A stretch of DNA of 64,000 bases from an uncultured Planctomycetia bacterium (GTDB lineage: Bacteria > Planctomycetota > Planctomycetia > Pirellulales > PALSA-1355), in NCBI GenBank assembly GCA_963801675.1, contig CAWDFN010000001.1:3862884-3926883 (forward strand), read 5' to 3'. A program made the position numbers and the translations under genes. The notes under the pieces are model-generated. The model searched no databases. It was not told the DNA's origin and worked only from the letters and a program-made list of their open reading frames with translations. This document shows positions 19,039 to 30,173 of this stretch, one piece after another (the first letter of the stretch is position 1; every line of letters begins with the position of its first letter).

Positions 19039-20334
19039 CTACATCCGCCAGCCGTCGGGCAGGAGGGCGCCTTTTTGGACGCAGGCGATGCCGTCGCGGA
19101 TCATGGCTTCGGGGGTTTCCTGGTTGCTGTCGACGCCGCGAATCGTTGGCGATCCGCACGCGTTGGCCGATGCGGCAGTTCTTGTCGATGATCGCGCCTT
19201 CGATCACCGTGCCGGCGCCGATGCCGACCAGCGGCCGGCCGGTCGGCGTTGCGGCGCGGGCCTCGTCGGGCGTCTCGTACTCGTCGCTGCCCATCAGGAT
19301 CGAATTGCGGATCGTCACGCCTTGCCCGATGCGGCAGCGCAGGCCGATCACGCTGTTCTCGATCACGGTGCCGCTCTCGATCGCGCAGCCGTCGGCGATC
19401 AGGCTGTTGCGAGATCGTGGCGCCGTCGAGTCGCGACGGCGGCAGAAAGCGGGCTCGCGTGTAGATCGGCGCCGTGGCCGAGGCCAGGTCGAACGGCGGG
19501 TTCGGCTGCGGCCAGCTCCAGGTTGGCTTCGTAGAACGAGCGGATCGTGCCGATGTCTTCCCAGTAGCCGTCGAACAGGTGGACCTGCACGCGGTGCGTG
19601 CGGATCGGCGGCCGGAAAAATCTCGTTGCCGAAATCGTGGTAGTCGGTCTTGGTGAGCAGCGTCGACCAGCGTGTCGCGATTGAACAGGTAGATGCCCAT
19701 GCTGGCCAGGCAGTCGCGGCCGCCGCTGGCGATGCCGCGGGCGTCGATCCAGGCGGGGTCCGTCCGCACGATGTCCATCTCCTCGTCGGTCTGCGGCTTT
19801 TCCAGAAAGCCGACCACGCGGCCCGTCGTCGTCGACCCGCATGATGCCCATGCTGCGGGCCGTCTGCGCGGTCGACCGGCATGGCGGCGATCGTGACGTC
19901 GGCCCGCGCGGCGACGTGCGTCGCCATCATCTCCGGGAAGTCCATGCGATAGAGCTGATCGCCGGAGAGGATCAGCACGTAGTCGGCAGTCGGGCTGGTC
20001 GATGTAGCGCAGGTTTTGCCGCACGGCGTCGGCGGTGCCTTGATACCAGTCGGCGGCGTCGATCGTCTGCTGGGCCGCCAGGATTTCGACGAAGCCGCCG
20101 CTGAACTGGTCGAAGGCGTACGTGCGGCGGATGTGGCGGTGCAGGCTGACCGAGTTGAACTGCGTGAGCACGTAGATGCGGTTCAGGCCGCTGTTGATGC
20201 AGTTCGACAGCGGAATGTCGATCAAGCCGGTACTTGCCGGCCAGCGGCACCGCCGGCTTCGAGCGGTACTTGGTCAGCGGATAGAGCCGCGTGCCGCGAC
20301 CGCCGCCGAGCACCAGCGTAATGACGTTCCGCAT
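19039..20334 (-). pseudogene. glgC: glucose-1-phosphate adenylyltransferase, multiply frameshifted as sequenced
   Basis: N-terminus [37 protein letters not shown] (19972..20334), then [40 protein letters not shown]...[16 protein letters not shown] (19101..20225 frame). [36 protein letters not shown] and the C-terminal left-handed beta-helix repeats are in 18671..19978. The end reads ...DGIACVQKGALLPDGWRM with stop at 19039-19041. Confidence 0.9.
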
Positions 20335-20475
20335 CCGAAGGGTTCCTTGCGAGCCGACGATTCAAAAGGCAACGTGCAGGGTGTTGGGTATTGTAGCCGG
20401 CCTCTTCGAGGCCGGAATGTTCGCAGGTTTACTGGGGTCACAGACCGGGGTCACAGACCCCGACTACAGCGCACT

Positions 20476-23376
20476 TTACTTGACGACGAAGTTCACCATC
20501 CGGCCGGGCACGACCACGACTTTCACCACCGTCTTGCCGTCCAGCAGCTCGGCCACGCGCGCGTCGCCGCGGGCCACGGTTTCCAGCTCTTCCTTCGACG
20601 CGTCGAGGGGCACCGTGACGCGGGCTCGCAGCTTGCCGTTGATTTGCACCGGCACCTCGACGCGTGTCCTCGTGAACCGCCGTCGGGTCGAACGCCGGCC
20701 ACGGCTCGTAGGCCAGCGTCTCGTCGTGGCCCAGCAGCTTGCCACAGCTCCTCGGCCATGTGCGGGGCGAACGGCGACAGCAGCAGCACGAACTTCTCCA
20801 TCGCCTCGCGCGGCCGCACGTCTGCACTTGCGTGAAGAAGTTCGTGAACTCCATCATCCGGGCGATGGCCGTGTTGAACGACAGCTGCTCGAGGTCGTGC
20901 GTCACGCGCGTCGATCGTCTTGTGCAGCACGCGGTTCTGCTCGGCCGTCGGCGCGACGTCTTGCACCGCCGGCGTTGAGCTCGCATCGTCTCGGCGCGCT
21001 CGTCGACGATCATCCGCCAGACGCGGTCCAGAAAGCCGCGCACGCCGTTGACGCCCGTCCATGCTCCAGGGCTTGGTGGCTTCCAGCGGGCCCATGAACA
21101 TTTCGTACAGCCGCAGCGCGTCGGCGCCGTATTCCTGCACGACCTCGTCGGGATTGACGACGTTGCCGCGGCTCTTCGACATCTTGTAGGCCCGGCTGTC
21201 GAGGCGAATCCTCGGGATCGGCTTTGAGCACGAAGCCTTCGCCCTGCTTTCTCGGCCTGCTCGGACGCGACCCGCACGGCGGTGACTGGCTCGCCGCTGG
21301 CCTTGAGCGACCGCGTCGCCATCGTCGTTCGATACGACCTCGTCGGCGCTAGCCCAACTGCCATCGGCTTTTTGATAGCCGGTGAATTCCATTTCGCCCA
21401 GGATCATGCCCTGGTTGACCAGCTTCTGGAACGGCTCGGGCGTGCTCACGTGGCCGCGGTCGAAGAGCACCTTGTGCCAGAAGCGCGCGTAGAGCAGGTG
21501 CAGCACGGCGTGCTCGGCCCCGCCGACGTAGAGATCGACCGGCATCCAGGCCTTTTCGATCTGCCGGATCGACCAGCGCCTTGTCGTTCTTGCGGATCGA
21601 GAAACCGCAGGTAGTACCAGCACGAGCCGGCCCATTGCGGCATGGTGTTCGTCTCGCGCTTGTAGCGCTTGCCGTCGATGCGTCGGGTAGAGCCAGTCGC
21701 TGCGGCGCCTTGCTCCAGCGGCGGCTCGGGCCTGCCGTGCGGCTTGAAATCGGCCAGTTCGCGGCAGGTCGACCGGCAGCTCGATTCCGGCAACGGCGCG
21801 CATCAGGCCGGTCGGCTTGTCCGTCGGCGTCGAGCTCGTGCAGGATCGGAAACGGCTCGCCCCAGAAATGCTGCCGGCTGAAGAGCCAGTCGCGGAGCTT
21901 GTAGTTGACCGCTTGCGCGGCCCAGGCCGCGTGCGGCCAGGTCGGCGGCGATCTTCGTCTTGAACTCGGCCGTCGGCAGGCCGTCGTACGCGCCGGAGTT
22001 GATCGCCGTCGCCGTCGCCGGTGAACGCCGCGTCTTGCCGGCGAGCACCGCGTCGCGATCGACGCCACTCGTCGTCGGCCGGATCGACGACGGCCACGAT
22101 CGGCAGCTCGAACTGCTTGGCGAACTCGAAGTCGCGCGTCGTCGTGCGCCGGCACGGCCATGATCGCGCCGGTGCCGTAGCTGATCAGCACGTAGTCGGC
22201 GACCCAGATCGGCACCGGCTCGCCGTTGACCGGATTGATCGCGTACGAGCCGGTGAAGACGCCGGTCTTTTCCTTGGCCAGCTCGGTGCGGTCGAGATCG
22301 CTCTTGCGGGCCGCCTGTTCGCAATAGGCTCGCACCGCCGTCGGCCTGCTCGGGCGTCGTGAGCCGCTCGACGAACGGATGCTCCGGCGCGATCACCATG
22401 TACGTGGCGCCGAAGAGCGTGTCGGGCCGCGTCGTGTAAATGCGCAGCACGTCGTCGCCGGGCTTGCGCGGAAAACCGCCGCGACTTGCGATCGGCCGCC
22501 AGGCCTTGAATTCCGTCTGCGACGGCTTGCCGTCGTGCGTCGACGCTCGCTGCCGATGAAGAAATCGACCTCCGCGCCGGTGCTGCGGCCGATCCAGTTG
22601 CGCTGCAGCGCCTTGATGCTCTCGGACCAGTCGAGCCCGCTCCAGGTCGTTTTCCAGCCGATCGGCGTAGGCGGTGATGCGCAGCATCCATTGCCGCAGC
22701 GGCATGCGCACGACCGGATGGCCGCCGCGCTCGCTCACGCCGCCGATCACTTCTTCGTTGGCCAGCACCGTGCCCAGCGCCGGGCACCAGTTGACCGGCG
22801 CTTCGGACTGATAGGCCAGGCGATGCTCGTCCTGATAGCGGCGCACGGCCGTCGTCGCCCTGCGGCGGCGACGTCGGCGGGAATCGGCAGCTCGCCGATC
22901 GGCCGGCCGCGCTGCTGCGTCGGCGTCGAACCAGGTGTCGAACAGCATGCAGGAAGATCCACTGCGTCCAGCGGAAGTACTCCGGCGTCGGTCGTGGCCA
23001 GCTCGCGGTCCCAGTCGTAGCTGAAGCCGAGCATCTTCAGCTGCCGGCGAAACGTGGCGATGTTCTTCTCGGTCGTGTCCGCGGGCGGCGTGCCGGTCTT
23101 GATGGCGTGCTGTTCGGCCGGCAGGCCGAAGGCGTCCCAGCCCATCGGGTGCATCACGCTCTTGCCGCGCATCCGCTCGGTAGCGGCAGACGATGTCGGT
23201 GGCCGTGTAGCCTTCGGGATGGCCGACGTGCAGGCCGTCGCCGCTGGGATAGGGGAACATGTCGAGCACGTACAGCTTCGGCTCCGCGCGGCAGCCGCGG
23301 CGCGGCAAACGTCTGATGCTCGCTCCCAATAGTCTTGCCACTTGGGCTCGATGACGGCGGGGTTGTAGCGGGGCAT
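20476..23376 (-). pseudogene. leuS: leucine--tRNA ligase, heavily frameshifted as sequenced
   Basis: N-terminus [18 protein letters not shown] (an alternative ATG lies at 23400). [24 protein letters not shown] carries the HIGH-type motif. Other conserved pieces: [99 protein letters not shown] and [35 protein letters not shown] carries KMSKS. The C-terminus is [14 protein letters not shown]. These peptides are spread over at least seven track ORFs in all three frames. Confidence 0.95.
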
Positions 23377-23524
23377 GACGCGCGACACCGAGAGAGCCAT
23401 GGATACCTAGCCGCCAACGCCCAGCGGGGCGAAGTGGATCACCATCGAATCACGCGATTCTAACGCCTGACGACGCGGCGGCAAACAGGTAAATCGACGT
23501 GGCGCGGCCATGGCGCTGGGCCTG

Positions 23525-23802
23525 TGTTTCCGATACTAACCCGAAGCGCAAGCGAGGGACGCTGGACGAAGAACCCTCGCTCGCGCGTCGGGTTAGTGTG
23601 CGGAAATTCCCGGACAGCCTCAGCAAGTTCTCTGGCCCAACCAGCGAGGCAATCGTTGGGAGGTGCAGCCAACTCGCAGGGCCCTCTTGTCCCTTCGGAA
23701 CCCAGACAACAAGTTGCCTGGGCCACCCAGCGTTTCCCATACTAACCCGAAGCGCCAGCAAGGGACGCTGGACGAAGAACCCTCGCTGGCGCGTCGGGTT
23801 AG
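23525..23802. repeat. mosaic palindromic repeat, copy II (two hairpin modules plus arm fragments)
   Basis: Hairpin modules CTAACCCGAAGCGCAAGCGAGGG...GGGTTAG at 23536-23596 and 23742-23802. Between them are TGTGCGGAAATTCCCGGACAGCCTCAGCAAGTTCTCTGGGCC-like arm sequence and CAACTCGCAGGGCCCTCTTGTCCCTTCGGAACCCAGACAACAAGTTG, both shared with copy I. Confidence 0.85.
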
Positions 23803-23818
23803 TAGGCGAGCGTTCGCA

Positions 23819-25516
23819 TCAGTCCCAGGGACTCTTACGCAGCGAATCGCCGGCGGCTTGGGCGGCCAACTCGGCGTCTTCTTCGGCGACCCGCGCGGGC
23901 TTGGGCACGCGCACTTGCTGCAACTCGACCGCCAGGTCCGGCAGATTCGCCAGCCAAACCAGCACGGCCGCGATCGGCAACACCCACCTCAAGGTCAGCA
24001 TGTCGAACGGCAGGCCCTTCCCGCACAACTCGGAGATGGTCCAAATCGGGTTCGTGATTTGCAGCAGCGTGTAACCTTGATTTCGCAAGCCGGGCGTCGA
24101 CAGTTGGATGACCAATGGAACGCCGGTTCCCAGCATCAACAGCAGGATGTGAACCAGGGCCCGCGTGGGCAGCCGCACTTCGCTGACTCGGGCAATCATC
24201 GACAGCAGCAGCTTGCCGAGTCCCAGATAGATGACCAGGTAGCTGGTCGCGACGATGGCGGTCTCGAAGACGTCGGCTCGGGTGTTGCGCAGCGAGACGA
24301 CGGTGCCTGTGAAGCCTGGCGTCGGGGCGGCGCCGGCGGTGGGGGTGGGAATGGTGCGGAATAGATCGGCGATTTCGTGGTAGGGGAAGCCGGCCAGGAT
24401 CGAGATGGCCAGCATGTTGGCGATGACGAACATATAGCCCGTGCCCGGCCCGGGCGCGAACCAGGTGAGAAATATCCGACCCAACACGCTCTGCGGCAAG
24501 CCGCGTTTGACGCGTGGCGAAAGGAAGCTCGACTCGCCGGTGAGAAACACGCCGGCCACGTACCAGAACAGCGTCGAGAGGCCCAGCAGTCCAAAGACAA
24601 AGTTGCCGCCGAACGTCAGTTGCAGCCAGGCGAACCAGCCAACCAACGTCAGCGCCGCCACCAGCAACGCGATCCGCAAGTGCGAAGAGCGGTTCTGGCA
24701 GACGGTCATCAGTTGACTGCGTGCCGCGAGAAACACGATGGCGAAATAGTTCAAGAAGATGCTGAGAAAGGCCGTTTGTATCTGCCAGAACTCGGACGAG
24801 TCGATCATCGCGCCGCCGAACGAGACCAGGCTGCTGGTCCACATCGTGTCGAAGCAAAATGCGCCGAACAACGCCATCGCAAAGAACACGGCCGTGGCCA
24901 ATTGGCGCTGACGCGGCGGCGACACGGCGGCCAGCAGCAGCCCTGTCACCGATAACCCCAGCGAAACGCACGAGGTATAAATCACGGCCAGAATGATCGT
25001 GAAAATATCCAATCCGCGCAACAGGTAGGTGAATGCGAGGCAGGGAAAGATGGCCGACAGATAGACCATCATTTGCAGCACGATGCTGCCCAGCTTTCCG
25101 GTCAAAATCTGCCGCGCACCCAGCGACGTGATCGAAACCAATTCGTAAGTCCGGTCCTGACGCTCCGACGACAGCGAGTGAAACGCCGAGTAGGGCGCCA
25201 CCACCAGCAGCGGAAAGGCCAGGATCAGGTGGTACACGTAGAACATCCCCGGACCTTCGGCCGAGTAGTAGATCGCGGGGCCGATGTTGGCCAGGCCGAG
25301 AATCGACCAGACCCAACCGGCCGCCAGCATCAGAAAGAACGTGAATACGAACTGCTTGCTGCGCAGCGCCTGCCGCGCTTCCTTGACCAGGATCGGATTG
25401 AGCAGCTCGCTGCCACGGTCCAACAGCGCCTCGAACCGGTCGAAGCGCGTGCTGGGCAGCACGGTCACGAAGTCGGCCGGATGCGCTTCAGCCAGCGGCT
25501 CGTCGAGGGAAGTCAT
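23819..25516 (-). CDS. large polytopic ABC-2-type permease-like membrane protein
   Basis: ATG 25516..25514 overlaps the stop of the upstream ATPase gene (ATGA). It reads MTSLDEPLAEAHPADFVTVLP...NPILVKEARQALRSKQFVFTFFLMLAAGWVWSILG followed by about 12 hydrophobic segments; 565 aa. In the track it is fused into the 882-aa ORF 23819..26467. Confidence 0.7.
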   Translation of the reverse strand: MTSLDEPLAEAHPADFVTVLPSTRFDRFEALLDRGSELLNPILVKEARQALRSKQFVFTFFLMLAAGWVWSILGLANIGPAIYYSAEGPGMFYVYHLILAFPLLVVAPYSAFHSLSSERQDRTYELVSITSLGARQILTGKLGSIVLQMMVYLSAIFPCLAFTYLLRGLDIFTIILAVIYTSCVSLGLSVTGLLLAAVSPPRQRQLATAVFFAMALFGAFCFDTMWTSSLVSFGGAMIDSSEFWQIQTAFLSIFLNYFAIVFLAARSQLMTVCQNRSSHLRIALLVAALTLVGWFAWLQLTFGGNFVFGLLGLSTLFWYVAGVFLTGESSFLSPRVKRGLPQSVLGRIFLTWFAPGPGTGYMFVIANMLAISILAGFPYHEIADLFRTIPTPTAGAAPTPGFTGTVVSLRNTRADVFETAIVATSYLVIYLGLGKLLLSMIARVSEVRLPTRALVHILLLMLGTGVPLVIQLSTPGLRNQGYTLLQITNPIWTISELCGKGLPFDMLTLRWVLPIAAVLVWLANLPDLAVELQQVRVPKPARVAEEDAELAAQAAGDSLRKSPWD

Positions 25517-26467
25517 TGCACGAGGCCCTCGGTGACTTGCATGAAGACGTCCTCCAGGCTTTTGACGCGGCTGCCGAACGAAACCACTCGAAAGCCGGCC
25601 GCCACGATGTCGCGCAGCAGGTCGGCTTCGGCCGCCTCCTCGCCGTCGTGCAGAAACTCGACGCTCTGACCGTCGACGCGCACGTCGTGAATGTCGTCGC
25701 GCAGACCGAGCCACTGCGGCAGGTTCTCGGCGCCGGCGAGCAATCGCAATTGGACCATGCGCTTCGTCTGCCGGGCCCGGTGGATTTCCTCGACCGTGCC
25801 GACGGCCAGCAGGCGTCCCTGCTCGATGATGGCCACGGTGTCGCACATTTCGGCCAGTTCGGTGAGGATGTGCGAGCTGACCAGGATCGACTTGCCGTCG
25901 GCGGCCAATTGGCCGATCATTTCGCGCAGCTGGATGCGGGCCCGCGGATCGAGCCCGGCGGCCGGTTCGTCGAGGATCATCACCGCCGGATCGTGGATCA
26001 TGGCCCGGCCCAGGCACAAGCGTTGCTTCATGCCCTTCGACAGGCCGTCGATCGGCTTCTCGGCCAGTCCGTCGAGCTTGGTGAAGCTCATCACGCGGCG
26101 CAGCGCCCGCGACCGTTCGGCTCCCATCAGGCCGTAGGCGCGGCCGAAAAAGTCGAGATACTCGCGCACCAGGATGTTGGGATGCGTATCGAAATAATCG
26201 GGCATGAACCCCAGCCGGCTGCGAACCCGGTCGGGATCTTGCGTGACGGAAAATCCGTCGACGAAGGCATCGCCGGCGGTCGGCATGTCGAGCGTGGCGA
26301 GCACTGCGCATGCTGGTTGTCTTGCCGGCGCCGTTGGGCCCGATGAAGCCGAAGACCTGGCCGCGCGCGACGGCAAAGCTGACGTCGCAGACCGCTTTGG
26401 TGCGACCGAAGTAGCGATGCAGTCCGGTCAGTTCGATCAGAGGATGTCCGGCGGTCATGTTCATCAC
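25513..26467 (-). pseudogene. ABC transporter ATP-binding protein, one frameshift as sequenced
   Basis: N-terminus IELTGLHRYFGRTKAVCDVSFAVARGQVFGFIGPNGAGKTT (Walker A) in the 26467 frame. After about 26305 the protein continues in ORF 25513..26376: ILATLDMPTAGDAFVDG...LSKGMKQRLCLGRAMIHDPAVMILDEPAAGLD (signature and Walker B). The GTG/ATG start overlaps the stop of the upstream gene. Confidence 0.9.
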
Positions 26468-28704
26468 CAGGAGCCGAAGATGACGTGCGTGCTCTCGCTC
26501 TCGATCAAGCCGTCCATGCCGAAGTTCACTTCCGGCGGCCGCTCGACGATGGCCAGGTAGGTGCGAGCGGCGAGCGATTGGTTATTCAGCGCCATGATCG
26601 AGCGGCGCATGCCATCTTCGAGCAGGCTGTTGGCGGGCGATGAATCGCTGGTTCCATGGCTGTACCGATTGATTCGCATCCCGAAAAAGAACCGCGTGTT
26701 GTCGCTGGGGGCTTGCGGCGGAAGACGGGGAGCGTCGAGATTCATGGCTCTCTGCATCTTTTCCAGCGCGGTGGCTTTCGAGACGTCGGTATCGAGCGCC
26801 TGCAGGGAAGCCTTGTCGAGCGGGCCGATATCGCGGCCGTAGTGCATCCGGCCGGCCGAGTCGCACAGCAGGACGTGGTTGATGGCGGTGCCCAGTCGAT
26901 TGTCGACCGCCGCGCGCTCTGAATCGCTGTCTTCGACGATCCTCAGTTCGCTCGGGGTCGCGCAGGCGCGCACGGTGAGATACTGCGTCGGCGTGCGCGA
27001 CGCAAGCCAGCCGCGTTGCAAGTGTTGCTCGGGCGTCCACGCCAGGTAGCGCGTTCTGCGATTCCAACCGTTGAGGTCGGCTTCTTTCTCCAAAGGCACC
27101 AGCGCGGTGTCGGCCGGGAACAGCAGCCCTCGCGACGGTGCCAAGCCGGTGTAGTAGGACAAGCGCGACCAACTGGCGGCCTCGTGATTGCGCTGGTCCA
27201 GCTCGGTGTAGCTGCGCGCGCGGATGCGCGACTCGAGCCCGTCGGCCAGCAGGACGTAGCCGATCAGACCGGTCGAGACCACAATCGCGGCGGCGGGCAC
27301 CGTGAACAGCAGCAGGTGCAATCGGCCTCGGCGACGCAGCAACCAATAATTGAGCGGTCCAATGCCGATCACGAACAGCGTGATCAAGACGCGATACGAC
27401 TTGACCGGCGGCAGGCCGATGTCGGCGATCAGGAATTCGTCGAAACCGGGATTATCCTTGCCGGGCGAAAGTCCGTGGCGATATTGCCATTTCCAGCGGC
27501 CCTCGCCGATCGTGTTGAACATCCACTGCCAGTCGGCCCGCACTCCCGGAAACGGACGATCGTCGGCCAGGGCGACCACCTGACCCAGCCGCACCGGTTT
27601 CGAAACAAAAGGTGCCGGATCGGACGGGCCCGCCGGCTTTTTTTTCTTCTTGGCGACCTTCGGTGCAACGAGGCCGAACAGTTTCTGCGGGGCCGACTTC
27701 TGGGCATCCGCTTTCTCGTCCACGGCGTCATCGTCCACGGCGACCGCTGCGTTGACGCCGTTCTTCACTGGCACCGGCTGGAAGTAAAGCTCCGGCGATG
27801 GCCGCCGCCAGTCGCCCAACGGAGTCTTGCCGTCCGAGGGCCGCGGTGGGCACTCGAACCACGCGTCCAACTTGGCCAGGCCGCTCCAGTCCACGTCCAC
27901 GCCGTAAATGCAAACGTTGCCGCCGGTCCAGACCCATTGCCGAATCGCCTGCCATACGCGGGGTCGATTGGCTACCAGGTCGGCCACGTCCGAAAACGAA
28001 AGGAAAATCACGTCCAAGCTGCTGTAGTTGATCCAGTCCTCGATCAGGTCGGCGGCGGGCAGGTAGGTGAAATTCGCGGATTGCGAAACGGTGTTCAGCG
28101 TCGCCCGTCCTGTAGGGTTCCAGTTGTTCGAATTGGGATCGGCCATGAAATCGAGCTGGCTGACGTCGATCAGGCGCGACGAAACGAACAGCAGCGCGGG
28201 CGCGTCCATTCCCTGGTAACGCATCGTGTTGTTGACCCACTGGTTTTTGAACGACAGGTCGTCCAGATGCGACCCGTCCTCCCAGACGTCGAGCGAGAGA
28301 CTGTAAAAGATGGAATTCTGCGGGAATGGAATGATCTTGGTGACGCTGGTGCTGCCCGCGGGAATCTCGACGTCGGCGGTCGCGACCAGCGACTTGTAGC
28401 CGCCCATGCCGCTGGCCAATTCGACGGTCAGCGTCCGATCGCCCGTGGATGGCGGCGTGCAAGTCACCTCGAGTCGGAAGGGCTGGTAGCCATAGTTTCC
28501 CGACCAGGCGCAATCCAGCGTGAGCGCCAGCCCGTTGACCGTGGGTATGATCCCCGCGGGCGTCGGCTTGGTTGTGGTGGGCATCGTGATCTTGATCGCC
28601 GGCGCGCCGTGCACGCGCCCGGCGCCGGCCAACGACAGGCCGAGTGCCAGGCACGGCAACAGCACGATCCAGGTCCTCCACCCTCGCTCGTCCGCTTGCC
28701 TCAT
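26464..28704 (-). CDS. large membrane-anchored hypothetical protein, possible ABC-transporter auxiliary (GldG-like) component
   Basis: ATG 28704 gives MRQADERGWRTWIVLLPCLALGLSLAGAGRVHGA, 746 aa. The segment YSSLDVIFLSFSDVADLVANRPRVWQAIRQWVWTGGNVCIYG resembles the ABC_transp_aux pattern. C-terminal half TM helices include VLITLFVIGIGPLNYWLL and LLLFTVPAAAIVVSTGLIGYVLL. The stop overlaps the ATPase start. Confidence 0.55.
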   Translation of the reverse strand: MRQADERGWRTWIVLLPCLALGLSLAGAGRVHGAPAIKITMPTTTKPTPAGIIPTVNGLALTLDCAWSGNYGYQPFRLEVTCTPPSTGDRTLTVELASGMGGYKSLVATADVEIPAGSTSVTKIIPFPQNSIFYSLSLDVWEDGSHLDDLSFKNQWVNNTMRYQGMDAPALLFVSSRLIDVSQLDFMADPNSNNWNPTGRATLNTVSQSANFTYLPAADLIEDWINYSSLDVIFLSFSDVADLVANRPRVWQAIRQWVWTGGNVCIYGVDVDWSGLAKLDAWFECPPRPSDGKTPLGDWRRPSPELYFQPVPVKNGVNAAVAVDDDAVDEKADAQKSAPQKLFGLVAPKVAKKKKKPAGPSDPAPFVSKPVRLGQVVALADDRPFPGVRADWQWMFNTIGEGRWKWQYRHGLSPGKDNPGFDEFLIADIGLPPVKSYRVLITLFVIGIGPLNYWLLRRRGRLHLLLFTVPAAAIVVSTGLIGYVLLADGLESRIRARSYTELDQRNHEAASWSRLSYYTGLAPSRGLLFPADTALVPLEKEADLNGWNRRTRYLAWTPEQHLQRGWLASRTPTQYLTVRACATPSELRIVEDSDSERAAVDNRLGTAINHVLLCDSAGRMHYGRDIGPLDKASLQALDTDVSKATALEKMQRAMNLDAPRLPPQAPSDNTRFFFGMRINRYSHGTSDSSPANSLLEDGMRRSIMALNNQSLAARTYLAIVERPPEVNFGMDGLIESESTHVIFGSW

Positions 28705-28810
28705 ATCTGCCGTTCTCGATTCGCCTGGCGTGGTTGGCCGTTGTGCACTCGGTGTTCCCAGTCCTTCCCCAATGCCGTGCGCCATTGTGGCGCGACCAGT
28801 TCGTGCGCGG

Positions 28811-29065
28811 TTACGTCGTCGTCGGTTGTTCGACGGCGGCATTGGCGTGCCGCCGCCTGCGGCGGTCGACCATCTCGCCGAGCCACCGCGTCGATACAAA
28901 CAGCAATCCATGGACCAGGATCGTGAGGACCAGCCCCAGAATCGCGATCATCACGGCGACCGCCCACATCTGTCTCCGAGCGGCGGCCGCCGCAATGAGA
29001 CACACGAAGGCGCTGGCCGTAACCCAACCGAGCAGACGACGTAATGAGAATTGGGGAGCTAGCAT
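28811..29065 (-). CDS. small two-TM membrane protein
   Basis: ATG 29065: MLAPQFSLRRLLGWVTASAFVCLIAAAAARRQMWAVAVMIAILGLVLTILVHGLLFV... (84 aa). The FSLRRLL-type N-terminus also occurs in the two LRR proteins of this window. It lies 107 nt upstream of the 746-aa gene on the same strand. Confidence 0.45.
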   Translation of the reverse strand: MLAPQFSLRRLLGWVTASAFVCLIAAAAARRQMWAVAVMIAILGLVLTILVHGLLFVSTRWLGEMVDRRRRRHANAAVEQPTTT

Positions 29066-29281
29066 CAACCTTGATTTTGGCACTTCGCGCCGCGAATACA
29101 AGAGTGCCGGAGCCGGCCGGCCGCCAAGACTCGTAACCCCGCTGCCCGGCTGGGTTATCGAGCATGCCAAGGGCGGTCGTCGTTGCCAGCAGTCGCCGGC
29201 GCGGGTACCATAGCGGCAGTGCCCCGCGAGTTCCACCGACCCTCAAGCGAACATCCCGCGCACAACCCACCGAGGCGAACC

Positions 29282-30043
29282 ATGGAAACCGAAACCCAAT
29301 CGCGTCGCAGCTTCAACGCACAGGCATTGGGTTCACTGCTGACGTTTTCGCTGCTGGAGACTTTGTGCCGCCACGACCTTTTCGCGGCCGAAATCCGGCC
29401 GAACGTCACCGCCTGGCTGGCAGGCGTCAATCAACTGGGCCGCGACCTGCAAGGGCAGAAGCTGGAGCAAACGGCCTGGCAGAAGAAAGTGGAAGAGCTG
29501 CTGGTCCAGGTCAACCTGAGCGATTTGCTCAAATTGATCGATTTTGACCGTGTCTCGGCCAACGTCGATTTTGCCGAGCGTGGCGAGCGCAGCCTGCGTT
29601 TCAGCTTTCCCAAGGTCGAGGGCGTGCCGACCGAGTTGAGTTTCGGCAAGCAAATTTTCGCGCTCAAGAAAGACCGCTCGGTGGTGCCGCATGGGCACAA
29701 CAACATGGCCACGGCCTTTTTGATTCTCAAGGGCGACTTGCGCGGCCGGCATTACGATCGCAAGCGGGACGAGCCGGGATATATGATCATTGAGCCCACG
29801 ATCGATCGCAAATTTTCGCCCGGCGAATGCTCGACCGTTTCCGACTACAAAGACAACGTGCACTGGTTCCAGGCCATCAGCGAGCCGGCGTTCATTTTCA
29901 ATCTCCACGTCATGGACGTGAAGCCGGGCACGATGTTGCCCACCCAGCGCGTGTACATCGATCCGAACGGCGAGAAGATTGCCGGCGGTCTGACGCGCGC
30001 CCGAGTGATTGGGTACAAGGAAGCCAACCAACTTTACGGCTGA
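29282..30043 (+). CDS. hypothetical protein with Tat-like signal
   Basis: ATG 29282: METETQSRRSFNAQALGSLLTFSLLETL (an RR motif followed by a hydrophobic stretch). 253 aa with His-rich VVPHGHNNMATAFLILKGDLRGRHYD. No confident family call. Confidence 0.6.
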   Translation: METETQSRRSFNAQALGSLLTFSLLETLCRHDLFAAEIRPNVTAWLAGVNQLGRDLQGQKLEQTAWQKKVEELLVQVNLSDLLKLIDFDRVSANVDFAERGERSLRFSFPKVEGVPTELSFGKQIFALKKDRSVVPHGHNNMATAFLILKGDLRGRHYDRKRDEPGYMIIEPTIDRKFSPGECSTVSDYKDNVHWFQAISEPAFIFNLHVMDVKPGTMLPTQRVYIDPNGEKIAGGLTRARVIGYKEANQLYG

Positions 30044-30173
30044 AGCTTCGCTCACGCGACGAGCGTCGATTTTTTTACAACGATGCGGCACGCCCGTTGC
30101 CGCCCCGGCGATGCGTCCTTTCCAAGGGAATGTGGGACGATCGCGAAAACGGTTCGCTAACGGAGTGCTCAAC

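Noticed and set aside
20476-23400. Genuine pseudogenisation of leuS, glgC and cphA, or programmed frameshifting
   Set aside because: There are too many frame changes per gene, including in an essential single-function synthetase. The frame repeatedly leaves and returns, and there are no slippery-site patterns. Consensus indel error is far more parsimonious.
23819-26467. 882-aa ORF as one protein
   Set aside because: It is an ABC ATPase N-terminus, then out-of-frame read-through, then a separate permease that starts at an ATGA overlap at 25516. The ATPase core is in ORF 25513..26376.
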